In this document: positions 29,391-37,485 of the stretch, in pieces
How positions within the stretch are numbered: position 1 is the first letter of the stretch
How the letters are laid out: each line of letters opens with the position of its first letter
Assembly: GCA_963816355.1 (NCBI GenBank)
Contig: CAWFKH010000001.1
Coordinates: 128,001-192,000 of the forward strand
DNA from: an uncultured Gemmatimonadales bacterium
GTDB taxonomy: Bacteria > Gemmatimonadota > Gemmatimonadetes > Longimicrobiales > RSA9
Length of the DNA: 64,000 bases
Reading direction: 5' to 3'
Program-made: the position numbers and the translations under genes
The notes under the pieces: generated by a model
Databases searched by the model: none
The model's input: only the letters and a program-made list of their open reading frames with translations
Told to the model about the DNA's origin: nothing

Positions 29391-30353
29391 TCAGAAGCCC
29401 GCGCGCTCCAGCGCCGCTCCGACGGCGCCGAGGTAGCCGCCGCCGAAGAGGTTCAGGTGCACGAGCAGGTAATATAGCTGATAGATCGGGCGGCGGGTCT
29501 CCGCGTAGCCGGCGCGGGTCGGGAAAGCCTCCCGGTACGCCTCGTAGAAGGCCGCGTCGAAGCCGCCGAAAAGCTCGGTCATCGCCAGATCGACCTCGCG
29601 ATGCCCGAAGCTGCACGACGGATCGATCAACGCCGCCGCACCCGCGCCCAGCATGTGCACGTTGCCGCTCCAGAGGTCGCCGTGCAGGAGGACGGGGCCT
29701 TCCTCCTGCCCCGCGAGCAGCAGCGCGTCGAGATCCCGGAAGAGCGCATCGAAGCGCGCACGCAGGCGCCCGTCGAGGCGGCCGCCGTCGCGCGCGCGCC
29801 GGACCTGCGGCTCGAGCCGCGCTTCCCGCCAGAACGACGCCCAGGCGGCCGTGCGCGGATTCGCCTGCGGCAGCGAGCCGATGAAGTTGTCGCTCCGCCA
29901 GCCGAAGCGGGCGTCGCGCACCTGGTGCAGCCGCGCGAGCCCGCCGCCGACGCCGCGCCACGCGGCGCGGCTGGCGCCTCCCGCCTCCAGCCACTCCAGC
30001 AGCAGCCAGGCCGGTTGGCCCGCTTCCGGATCCCGCGCCGACGTGGCCCCGCTCTCCGCCAGCACCGCCGGCACGCGGACCGCGCCGCTTTCCGCGATCG
30101 CGCGCAGCGACACCGCCTCCGCCGCGAACATGCGCCGCGACCGCTCGTCGGCGCCCCACTTGAGGAAGGCGACGTCGCCCTCCGCCGATTCGAGGCGCGC
30201 CGTCGCGCTGATGCAGCCACCCGCCACGCCGCTCGCCGACGCGATCACGGTGCGCCGTCGCAGCACCTCGGACCACGCGGCGGCGACATCGGACGCCAGC
30301 GCCGGAGGAAGCGGCGTGCCTCTGCCCCTGCGGGAGTCCGCGCCCCGGCTCAC
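29391..30353 (-). CDS. fructosamine/ribulosamine kinase family protein
   Basis: GGCI, FLK, FG..DNFIGSLPQ.N, LLHGDLWSGN and GHREVDLAMTELFGGF motifs. Confidence 0.92.
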   Translation of the reverse strand: MSRGADSRRGRGTPLPPALASDVAAAWSEVLRRRTVIASASGVAGGCISATARLESAEGDVAFLKWGADERSRRMFAAEAVSLRAIAESGAVRVPAVLAESGATSARDPEAGQPAWLLLEWLEAGGASRAAWRGVGGGLARLHQVRDARFGWRSDNFIGSLPQANPRTAAWASFWREARLEPQVRRARDGGRLDGRLRARFDALFRDLDALLLAGQEEGPVLLHGDLWSGNVHMLGAGAAALIDPSCSFGHREVDLAMTELFGGFDAAFYEAYREAFPTRAGYAETRRPIYQLYYLLVHLNLFGGGYLGAVGAALERAGF

Positions 30354-30366
30354 GCGCCGCGACCCG

Positions 30367-30864
30367 CTAGATGCCGCGCTCGGCGCGCACGTGGCCGAGG
30401 AGCGCCCGACAGCTCCGCTCCACGATGTCGTGCACGCGCTCGAACCCGCGCTCGCCCCCGAAGTACGGGTCGGGCACGTCGCTCGACTCGGCGACGTCCG
30501 GGTCGAAATCGCGCAGCAGACGGATCCGCGCGGCGCGGCGGTCCCCGGCGCCGTCGGCCATCCCGAGCACGTCGCGGAGGTTCGAGCGGTCCATCGTGAT
30601 CACGTAGTCGAAGCGGGACAGGTCGGCGTCCTCGATGCGGCGGGCGCGGCTCTCCAGCACCACTCCCCGGCGCTCCGCCTCGGCGAGCGTGCGCGCGTCG
30701 GGCGGCTCGCCGACATGCCAGTCCAATGTGCCGGCGGAGTCGACGTGGAAGTGCCCCTCCAACCCCGCCTCCCGCACGAGCCGGCGGAAAACGCCTTCCG
30801 CCAGCGGTGAACGGCAGATGTTGCCCAGACACACGAAGAGAACGCCCGTACGATCCTCCCGCAT
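30367..30864 (-). CDS. low molecular weight protein-tyrosine phosphatase
   Basis: VLFVCLGNICRSP, DSAGT and VPDPYFG motifs. Confidence 0.95.
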   Translation of the reverse strand: MREDRTGVLFVCLGNICRSPLAEGVFRRLVREAGLEGHFHVDSAGTLDWHVGEPPDARTLAEAERRGVVLESRARRIEDADLSRFDYVITMDRSNLRDVLGMADGAGDRRAARIRLLRDFDPDVAESSDVPDPYFGGERGFERVHDIVERSCRALLGHVRAERGI

Positions 30865-30899
30865 CGCCTCCTCACCTGGCCGGGTGTGGGTCCTGCAAC

Positions 30900-30971
30900 G
30901 CGCGGACCGGACCGCCGGCGCGCGCCCACCGGGCGCGGACCGGACCGCCGGCGCGCGGTGACCGGGCGCGG
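30900..30971. repeat. 33-bp tandem direct repeat (2.2 copies) upstream of the LMW-PTP gene
   Basis: gcgcggaccggaccgccggcgcgcg-nnn-accgg at 30900 and 30933. Confidence 0.8.
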
Positions 30972-31074
30972 GCCCTCCGCCCCGGCGCCGCCTTGACGCG
31001 CGGCGACGGCGCGCTCCATCCTTCGCCTCCTTTCCCCGGCGCGGAGGCGGCTGGAGCATGCGGCGCGCGCGACA

Positions 31075-31968
31075 GTGAGCGGCGAAAATGTACGGCGGGC
31101 GGGCGGCCGCTGCATCGCCGCGTTCGCGCTCGGCGCCACGCTCGGCTGTGGCGGCCGCTCGCCAACGTGCGATCCGCCGGTGCGCATCGGCGCGCTGCCA
31201 GCGGTCGTGCGCGAGTCGAGCGGCGTCGACGCGGGACGCGAGCGGCCGGCGGTGCTGTGGACGCACAACGACTCCGGCGACGGGCCGCGTCTCGTCGCGG
31301 TGGACACGCTCGGGGCGCTTCTCGGCGTCGTGGAGGTGACCGGCGCCGCCGCCTTCGACTGGGAAGACCTCGCCACCGGACCGTGTGACGGCGGCGGCAG
31401 TTGCCTCTGGATCGGGGACATCGGCAACAACCATCGCAACCGCGACACCGTGTCGATCTACAGCGTGCCGGAGCCGCGCCCGGGCGATCGCGCGACCGCG
31501 CGGGCCGTGCGCTTCTCGGTGCGCTACCCCGACCGGGCCTGGGACGCCGAGGCGCTCTTCGTGCTCCCGGGCCCGCGCCTGTACGTCGTCACGAAGGGGA
31601 TCGACCACCCGGTCACCGTCTACCGCTACCCCGGCGCGCCGACGCCGGATACGCTGGTGACGCTGCAGGAGGTGCAGCGGCTCAGCGCGGGACCGGTGGC
31701 GCTGCCCGACCAGGTGACGGCCGCCGTCGCGACGCCCGACGGCCGCTGGGTCGCCGTGCGGACGTACACCGCGCTCCAGCTCTACCGCGTGGGCGGCGAC
31801 GGCCGGCTCACCCCCGCCCTCGATTCGGCGGGCGTGGATCTCAGCCCCCTCGCCGAGCCGCAGGGCGAAGGTCTCGGTTACGGCGGCCACGGCCGTTTCT
31901 ATCTCACCAGCGAGAGGGGACTCGACACCGTCGCGCCGCTCTCGCGCCTCCGCTGCGTGCTGCCGTGA
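31075..31968 (+). CDS. secreted beta-propeller lipoprotein of unknown function
   Basis: lipobox-like TLGC; ESSG…WTHNDSG, DWEDLA, IGDIGNN, DAEAL and QGEGL motifs. Confidence 0.8.
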   Translation: MSGENVRRAGGRCIAAFALGATLGCGGRSPTCDPPVRIGALPAVVRESSGVDAGRERPAVLWTHNDSGDGPRLVAVDTLGALLGVVEVTGAAAFDWEDLATGPCDGGGSCLWIGDIGNNHRNRDTVSIYSVPEPRPGDRATARAVRFSVRYPDRAWDAEALFVLPGPRLYVVTKGIDHPVTVYRYPGAPTPDTLVTLQEVQRLSAGPVALPDQVTAAVATPDGRWVAVRTYTALQLYRVGGDGRLTPALDSAGVDLSPLAEPQGEGLGYGGHGRFYLTSERGLDTVAPLSRLRCVLP

Positions 31969-32041
31969 CGGCCGCGCCGCGGCGCGATCCGCATTCCCGA
32001 CGCATCACCCCTTTCCCCTGATCCCACCACGGAGGACGACG

Positions 32042-32809
32042 ATGGCGGACGTGATCGACTACGAGATCCTCGGCGGAGACCTGCAGGCGGTCGAGATCGA
32101 GCTCGACCCCGGCGAGGGCGTGCGCGCCGAGGTCGGCGCGATGCTCTACATGCAGGATGGGATCGAGATGCAGACGTCCACCGGCGGCGGCGTCTTCAAG
32201 GGGTTCAAACGGATGGTGAGCGGCTCCGGGTTCTTCATCACCACCTTCCTCAACACCGCCTCCGCGAAACGCCGCGTCAGCTTCGCCGCGCCCTACCCGG
32301 GGCGCATCGTGCCGCTCCCGATGGCCGAGTACGGCAACACGTTCATCTGCCAGAAGGACGCGTTCCTCTGCGCCGCCGCGGGCATCGACATCGACATCGC
32401 CTTCACGAAGCGCATCGGCGCGGGTCTCTTCGGCGGCGAGGGCTTCATCCTCCAGAGGCTGCACGGCGACGGGCTCGCCTTCGTCCACGCGGGCGGCACC
32501 GTCGTGCACAAGCAGCTCGCACCCGGCGAGCTGCTGCGCGTCGACACCGGCTGCCTCGTCGGCTTCGAGACCAGCGTCGACTACGACATCCAGTTCGTCG
32601 GCGGCTTCAGCAACGCCCTCTTCGGCGGCGAAGGCCTCTTCCTCGTCCGCCTCACCGGTCCCGGCCGCGTGCTGCTCCAGACGCTGCCGTTCTCGCGGCT
32701 CGCCGACCGCGTCGTCGCCGCCGCGCGCTTCCACAAGCGCGGCGAGGAGAAGGGCGTCGGCGGGATCGGCGGCGCGATCCTCGGCGGCATCCTGCAGGGG
32801 GACCGCTGA
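32042..32809 (+). CDS. TIGR00266 / AIM24 family protein
   Basis: YEILGGDLQ.VEIELDPGE, CQKDAFL, FGGEGFILQ and VDTGC motifs. Confidence 0.93.
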   Translation: MADVIDYEILGGDLQAVEIELDPGEGVRAEVGAMLYMQDGIEMQTSTGGGVFKGFKRMVSGSGFFITTFLNTASAKRRVSFAAPYPGRIVPLPMAEYGNTFICQKDAFLCAAAGIDIDIAFTKRIGAGLFGGEGFILQRLHGDGLAFVHAGGTVVHKQLAPGELLRVDTGCLVGFETSVDYDIQFVGGFSNALFGGEGLFLVRLTGPGRVLLQTLPFSRLADRVVAAARFHKRGEEKGVGGIGGAILGGILQGDR

Positions 32810-32849
32810 GCCGGCCGTCGCGGGCGCTCGGCGCCGCCCGCCCGGCCGC

Positions 32850-32865
32850 GGGCATGGACCCTGCA
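32850..32865 (+). promoter_or_regulatory. putative sigma54 (-24/-12) promoter of the lytic transglycosylase gene
   Basis: gGGCATGgaccCTGCA, a GG-N10-GC match about 60 bp upstream of the ATG. Confidence 0.45.
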
Positions 32866-32923
32866 CGGTAGAAGGTCGATGGCCGGCCATCCGGGCCGGT
32901 CGCGAGTCCGTCCAGGAGGCCGA

Positions 32924-33796
32924 ATGCCCGAGCGCGACCGCCGCGCCAGCGACCGACGTCCCACCGGACATGCCACCGATGGATCCGCGCGCCCGCCCTA
33001 CGAGCGGCGCGCGGACGACACCGGCGGCGCCACCACCGGAGCCCCGGCGGAGCGGAAAGCCGGCGGCGCGAGCGGGGGCGGCGACGGCGCGGAGACGAAG
33101 TCGTATGGCGGGCCCGAGCGCCGCTCGCCGCGCACGCGGCCATCGGAGCGACGTCGCTGGCGCCAGCTCCTCAACCGCTGGAAGGAGCCGATCATCGGCC
33201 TCACCGTCGCCGGCGCCGCCGCCCCCCTGATCCACGCCGCCCGCCCCGGACGCGGGGCCGCAGCCCCCGCGCGCCCGCTGCCCGGCCAGCGGGCGGACAC
33301 CCTGAGCGGCGAGGCCACCCCCACCGCGCAGTATACCGTAGCCCAGGAATGGCGCAGAGCCGCCGAACGCCGCATGCGCGAGCTCACCATCGCCGGCGCC
33401 GTCGCCCATTACGACATCAGCCAGTCCCTCGCCCGCAAGATCTTCGACGCCGCCGTGCAGGAAGGCATCGAGCCCGACCTTGGATACGGCCTCGTGAATA
33501 CGGAGAGCACGTTCCGCCACGACGCCGTCAGCAGCGTCGGCGCGCGCGGTCTCACGCAGCTCATGCCCCGCACCGCGCGGTGGATCCTCGGCACCCGCAA
33601 CACGCCCGACCTCTTCGACGCCGACCTCAACCTGCGCGCCGGTTTCCGTTATCTTCGCCACCTGATCGACCGCTATCACGGGAACATCCGGCTCGCGCTT
33701 ACGGCTTACAACCGCGGACCCGGCACCGTGAACCGGATCCTGGAGCGCGGGGGCGACCCCGACAACGGCTACGCCGCCCGCGTCCTCGACGAATGA
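32924..33796 (+). CDS. SLT-domain lytic transglycosylase
   Basis: TESTF…S.VGARGLTQLMP.TA, NLRAG.RYL and ALTAYNRGPG motifs; AGGAGG RBS. Confidence 0.9.
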   Translation: MPERDRRASDRRPTGHATDGSARPPYERRADDTGGATTGAPAERKAGGASGGGDGAETKSYGGPERRSPRTRPSERRRWRQLLNRWKEPIIGLTVAGAAAPLIHAARPGRGAAAPARPLPGQRADTLSGEATPTAQYTVAQEWRRAAERRMRELTIAGAVAHYDISQSLARKIFDAAVQEGIEPDLGYGLVNTESTFRHDAVSSVGARGLTQLMPRTARWILGTRNTPDLFDADLNLRAGFRYLRHLIDRYHGNIRLALTAYNRGPGTVNRILERGGDPDNGYAARVLDE

Positions 33797-33828
33797 GGCG
33801 TAACGTCACCACACGAGAGGAGCATCCG

Positions 33829-34275
33829 ATGGCAGGCACGAAGCGCACGGCGAGCGCCGTCTGGGAAGGGAGTCTCATGGAGGGGAAGGGGCGCGTCCGG
33901 CCCGCCAGCGGCGCCTTCCCCGAAATCCAGGTCACCTGGGCCGCCCGCACCGGCGACGACCACGCCCGCACCAGCCCCGAGGAGCTCCTCGCCGCCGCCC
34001 ACGCCGCATGCTTCTGCATGGCGCTCTCGCACGGCCTCGCCCAGGCCGGAAACGCGCCGCGTCGCCTCGAAACCGACGCCACCTGCTCCTTCCAGCCGAA
34101 GCCCGAAGGCGGCGGCTTCCGCATCGCCAGCATGGCGCTCCACGTGCGCGGTGACGTCCCCGGCCTCGACGCCGACGCCTTCCGCGAAGCGGCTCGGAAC
34201 GCCGGCCGCAACTGCCCCGTCTCCGGCGCGCTTAGCGGCAACGTCGACATCAGCGTCGAAGCCGAGCTCGCCTGA
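33829..34275 (+). CDS. osmC: OsmC-family peroxiredoxin
   Basis: AVWEGSL.EGKG, TSPEELLAAAHAACF.M and NCPVS motifs. Confidence 0.93.
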   Translation: MAGTKRTASAVWEGSLMEGKGRVRPASGAFPEIQVTWAARTGDDHARTSPEELLAAAHAACFCMALSHGLAQAGNAPRRLETDATCSFQPKPEGGGFRIASMALHVRGDVPGLDADAFREAARNAGRNCPVSGALSGNVDISVEAELA

Positions 34276-34292
34276 ATCGCCGCGCGACCGCC

Positions 34293-34355
34293 AGACGAGA
34301 AGAAGGGGCCGGAGCCGCGCTTTCGCCGCGGTTCCGACCCCCTTTGACTCGTCTC
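34293..34355. terminator. hairpin between convergent osmC and sigma genes (probably a bidirectional terminator)
   Basis: aaggggccggagccgcg…cgcggttccgaccccct stem followed by ttt, flanked by agacgag/ctcgtct. Confidence 0.55.
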
Positions 34356-34374
34356 GGCCCTGTCTCTCGGCCCG

Positions 34375-35001
34375 CTAGTTGAGGAGCGGCTCGATCCGCT
34401 CCGCGAAGCTCGTGCGCGCCCGGTGCAGCCGGCTCTTCACGGTGCCCAGGTTCACGCCCGTGATCTCCGCGATCTCCTCGTAGCTCTTCCCCTCCAGCTC
34501 GCGTAGACGGAAGACGAGCTGATGATGCTCCGGCAGCTCCTTCACCGTCTCCTCCACGATCTCCTGCAGGTACCGCTTCGTGTACATGCGGTCCGGCGTC
34601 TGCGTGCTGTCCTCGAACTGCAGCGGCCGATGCTCCGGCTCCCAGTGCGTCGTCAGCTTCTGGAACAGCACCAGCGGATTCCGCGAGCGGTTCCGCAGCT
34701 CGTTCTTCGACAGGTTCGAGCAGATCGTATAGATCCACGTCGAGAACTTCTTGCTCTGGTCGAAGCAATGCAGATGCCGCGTCACCCGGATGAACGCCTC
34801 CTGCACCAGGTCCTCCGCCCGGTCACGGTCCCCCATCTTCCTCGTGATGAAGTAGACCAGCTTGTCGTGGTACCGGTCGTACAACTCCGTGAAGGCACCC
34901 GGGCGGCCCGCCAGATGCGCCGCGACCAGCTCCGAATCCGTCATCGCAGGAGGTGGAGTCCGGTCGACCGTGTTGCGCGTCGTCACCACCTTCGTAGCCA
35001 T
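34375..35001 (-). CDS. ECF RNA polymerase sigma factor (RpoE/SigW-like)
   Basis: AEDLVQEAF, FSTWIYTI.SN and EGKSYEEIAEI.G…GTVKSRLHRAR motifs. Confidence 0.93.
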   Translation of the reverse strand: MATKVVTTRNTVDRTPPPAMTDSELVAAHLAGRPGAFTELYDRYHDKLVYFITRKMGDRDRAEDLVQEAFIRVTRHLHCFDQSKKFSTWIYTICSNLSKNELRNRSRNPLVLFQKLTTHWEPEHRPLQFEDSTQTPDRMYTKRYLQEIVEETVKELPEHHQLVFRLRELEGKSYEEIAEITGVNLGTVKSRLHRARTSFAERIEPLLN

Positions 35002-35139
35002 GCACTCTCCCTTTCCGGCAGCGAAGGGGGGTGTCCGTCCGCAGCGGGCACCCCCTCCACCTGAATCAGTCCCAATCGAAAAGAAGCGTCGGAAACCCGT
35101 CGCTTCTCTCTCGCCCTCGTCTCGACCCCTTACCTTCGT

Positions 35140-35168
35140 AATCTAACGGAAAAGCGGCCCGGATTCAA
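35140..35168 (-). promoter_or_regulatory. sigma70 promoter of the ECF sigma gene
   Basis: minus strand TTGAAT-N17-TAGATT. Confidence 0.6.
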
Positions 35169-35265
35169 GGGCTAAGCCCCCGATTTTTCTAAGTTTCCAA
35201 TACGCATTGAAACGCCTGCGGTTTCACGGTTTACGGGTTTTGTACGGGCCGCCGCGGCACCCCGA

Positions 35266-35781
35266 TCACTCCGTCGGGATCAGCATCATGGTGAGCTGGC
35301 GGCCGTCGACGTGACGGCTGCGGGTCTCGACGCTGGCGATGTCGTCGAGGCCGGAGGCGACCTCGTCGAGCACGTCCTGACCGAGCTCGGGCCGGCGCAG
35401 CTCGCGGCGGCGGAAGCGGACGGTGACCTTGACCTTCTTGCCCTTCTTCAGGAAGCGGCGAGCGTTGCGGACCTTGAAGTCGAGATCGTGGGTGTCCGTC
35501 TTGGGGCGCAGCTTGACCTCCTTGATCTCGACGGTGTGCTGCTTCTTCTTCGCCTCCTTGGCGCGCTTCTGCTGCTCATACTGGAACTTGCCCCAGTCCA
35601 TGATGCGGACGACGGGCGGGCGGGCGCGGGGGGCGACTTCGACGAGGTCGAGGCCGGCGTCGGTGGCGCGTTCGCGGGCCTGGTCGAGAGAGACGATGCC
35701 GACCTGTTCACCTTCGGCATCGATGAGGCGGATGGGGCTGATGCGGATGTCGTCGTTAACGCGGGTCCGGGGATTTGCGAT
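35266..35781 (-). CDS. infC: translation initiation factor IF-3, non-AUG (ATC) start at 35781 or 35784
   Basis: RVNDDIR…LDLVEVAP…RIMDWGKFQYE…KEVKLRP; GGAGGAGG directly before ATC ATC, with no ATG/GTG nearby. Confidence 0.93.
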   Translation of the reverse strand: MANPRTRVNDDIRISPIRLIDAEGEQVGIVSLDQARERATDAGLDLVEVAPRARPPVVRIMDWGKFQYEQQKRAKEAKKKQHTVEIKEVKLRPKTDTHDLDFKVRNARRFLKKGKKVKVTVRFRRRELRRPELGQDVLDEVASGLDDIASVETRSRHVDGRQLTMMLIPTE

Positions 35782-35908
35782 GATGTCTCCTCCTCCAGGG
35801 GGAAAGCCGGCGGAACCCGGCGCGAACGGGCTCCGATGGGACCATACGTATCTACCGCGCGAGCGCTCCCCGGTTCCGGCGGAGCGGCGGAGGGGGCGTT
35901 GCCCCTCG

Positions 35909-37063
35909 CTACTCGACGCGGGTGTGGATGCGGATGCCGCGCTTCTCCAGCTCGGCGACGTAGCGCTCGGCGGGGACGCACCGGTCCGGCGTGCAGACGC
36001 CGCGGGCGTCGATCTCGCCGGCGGCCTGGAGCTGACCGGTGATGGCGAGGGAGAAGCCGGTGGTGCGCTCCATCGCGCTGATGCCGGTTTCCGGGTCGTG
36101 GTAGTCGAGCAGGTCGCTGACGATGCGGCGTCGCGCGCCATCGGCGGTGGTGCCGGCGACCTCGACGCGGAGGGCGACGAGGTCGTCACCGGGTGCATTG
36201 CGGAGGATCGGGTCGACGACGGCGATGAAGAGGTCGCGCGGCGCTACGCTGGCGCCGGCGACGTCGACCGGCTCCTGGGCCAGGAGGCCGATGTCCCGGA
36301 TCGTGCGCATCTTCTCCGCGTGTCCGGGATAGCGGAGCGTCTTGTACTCCATCTGGGGGACGCGGCCCTCGAACGTCCAGGGCATGATGGAGAGACCGCC
36401 CGCGGTGTGGAACGCCTCGAGGGTACCGACCGGCTGCGGGAACTCGATCGGCTCGACCTCGCTGAGCGGCTCGACCTGGCGGCGCTGACCGTCGCGGACG
36501 ATCCAGGAGGGCGTCGTGTAGTAGTCGAGGACCCCCTCGAGGGAGTAGACGATCTTGTATCCGAGCGGCGGCTGCGGCTCCTGCGGCAACCCGCCGACGC
36601 GGATCTTCACGCTCTCGGTGCGCGCCAGCTCGCGGATGCCCGCGGCGGCGAGAATGTTGACCATGCCGGGCGCGAGACCGCAGTCCGGGATCGCCGAAAC
36701 CCCGGCCGCGCGCGCGCGCTCGTCCAGCTCCAGCTGCTCGAAGACGATCTCGGTGTTGCCGCCGAGGTCGCAGTAGTGAGCGCCGGCGTCGATCGCGAGG
36801 CGCGTGATGTCGAGGTTGAAGTAGTAGGGCAGCGCGTTCATGCACGCGTCCGCGCCCTGCAGTGCGCGCCGCACGGCGTCGGCGTCCTGTGCATCGAGCG
36901 TGACCAGGTCGAGGCGCGGGTCGCCGCGAAATCGCTCCAGGAACGGCGGCAGGTCATGGGTCCGCTGGTCGGCCACCCGGACGCGCTCGGCGCCCGTGTG
37001 CTGGAGGAGGTCGTACGCGCAGGCGGAGCCCTGGAGCCCCGCGCCGAGGACCACGAATTTCAT
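35909..37063 (-). CDS. saccharopine dehydrogenase family / lysine 6-dehydrogenase-like protein
   Basis: VLGAGLQG, YCDLGGN, DCGLAPG, VGGLPQ, YKTLRYPGH and AMERTTGF motifs. Confidence 0.88.
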   Translation of the reverse strand: MKFVVLGAGLQGSACAYDLLQHTGAERVRVADQRTHDLPPFLERFRGDPRLDLVTLDAQDADAVRRALQGADACMNALPYYFNLDITRLAIDAGAHYCDLGGNTEIVFEQLELDERARAAGVSAIPDCGLAPGMVNILAAAGIRELARTESVKIRVGGLPQEPQPPLGYKIVYSLEGVLDYYTTPSWIVRDGQRRQVEPLSEVEPIEFPQPVGTLEAFHTAGGLSIMPWTFEGRVPQMEYKTLRYPGHAEKMRTIRDIGLLAQEPVDVAGASVAPRDLFIAVVDPILRNAPGDDLVALRVEVAGTTADGARRRIVSDLLDYHDPETGISAMERTTGFSLAITGQLQAAGEIDARGVCTPDRCVPAERYVAELEKRGIRIHTRVE

Positions 37064-37080
37064 GCGGCGGGCGTCTCCCG

Positions 37081-37398
37081 TCAGTCGTTGTCGAGCGCCG
37101 TCAGCAGCGACGTCGTCTTCTGGCGCAGCACGTAGCACGCGCGGCGCACGTGCTGCGCGTCGTCGTATGCGGTGGGGTCGTCGAACTCCTGCAGCGCGTC
37201 GCGCGCATCGCGGCGGATGTCCTCCACGTCGTCGCGGGACTGCACCGCGTCGACGAGAGAATCGAGGACATTGTGGAACCGTATCGCGTGGCGGGAGAGC
37301 ACGTTGCGGTCCATGCGCTCGTTGCGGTCGAGCGCGCCGTAGGCGTCGACCGCGCGCCGGGCATCCTCACGGACGTCGGCGAGTCGATCATCGGGCAT
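37081..37398 (-). CDS. hypothetical helical protein (105 aa)
   Basis: GGAGG RBS; GC3-biased codons; fills the gap between co-oriented genes. Confidence 0.7.
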   Translation of the reverse strand: MPDDRLADVREDARRAVDAYGALDRNERMDRNVLSRHAIRFHNVLDSLVDAVQSRDDVEDIRRDARDALQEFDDPTAYDDAQHVRRACYVLRQKTTSLLTALDND

Positions 37399-37485
37399 TC
37401 GTCGTTCCTCCATCCGGTGCACGGGAGCGGCGGGCCGGCCGCCGCCGATCGCAGATGGGGAGAGTGACACGCGGGCAGAGGCGTG

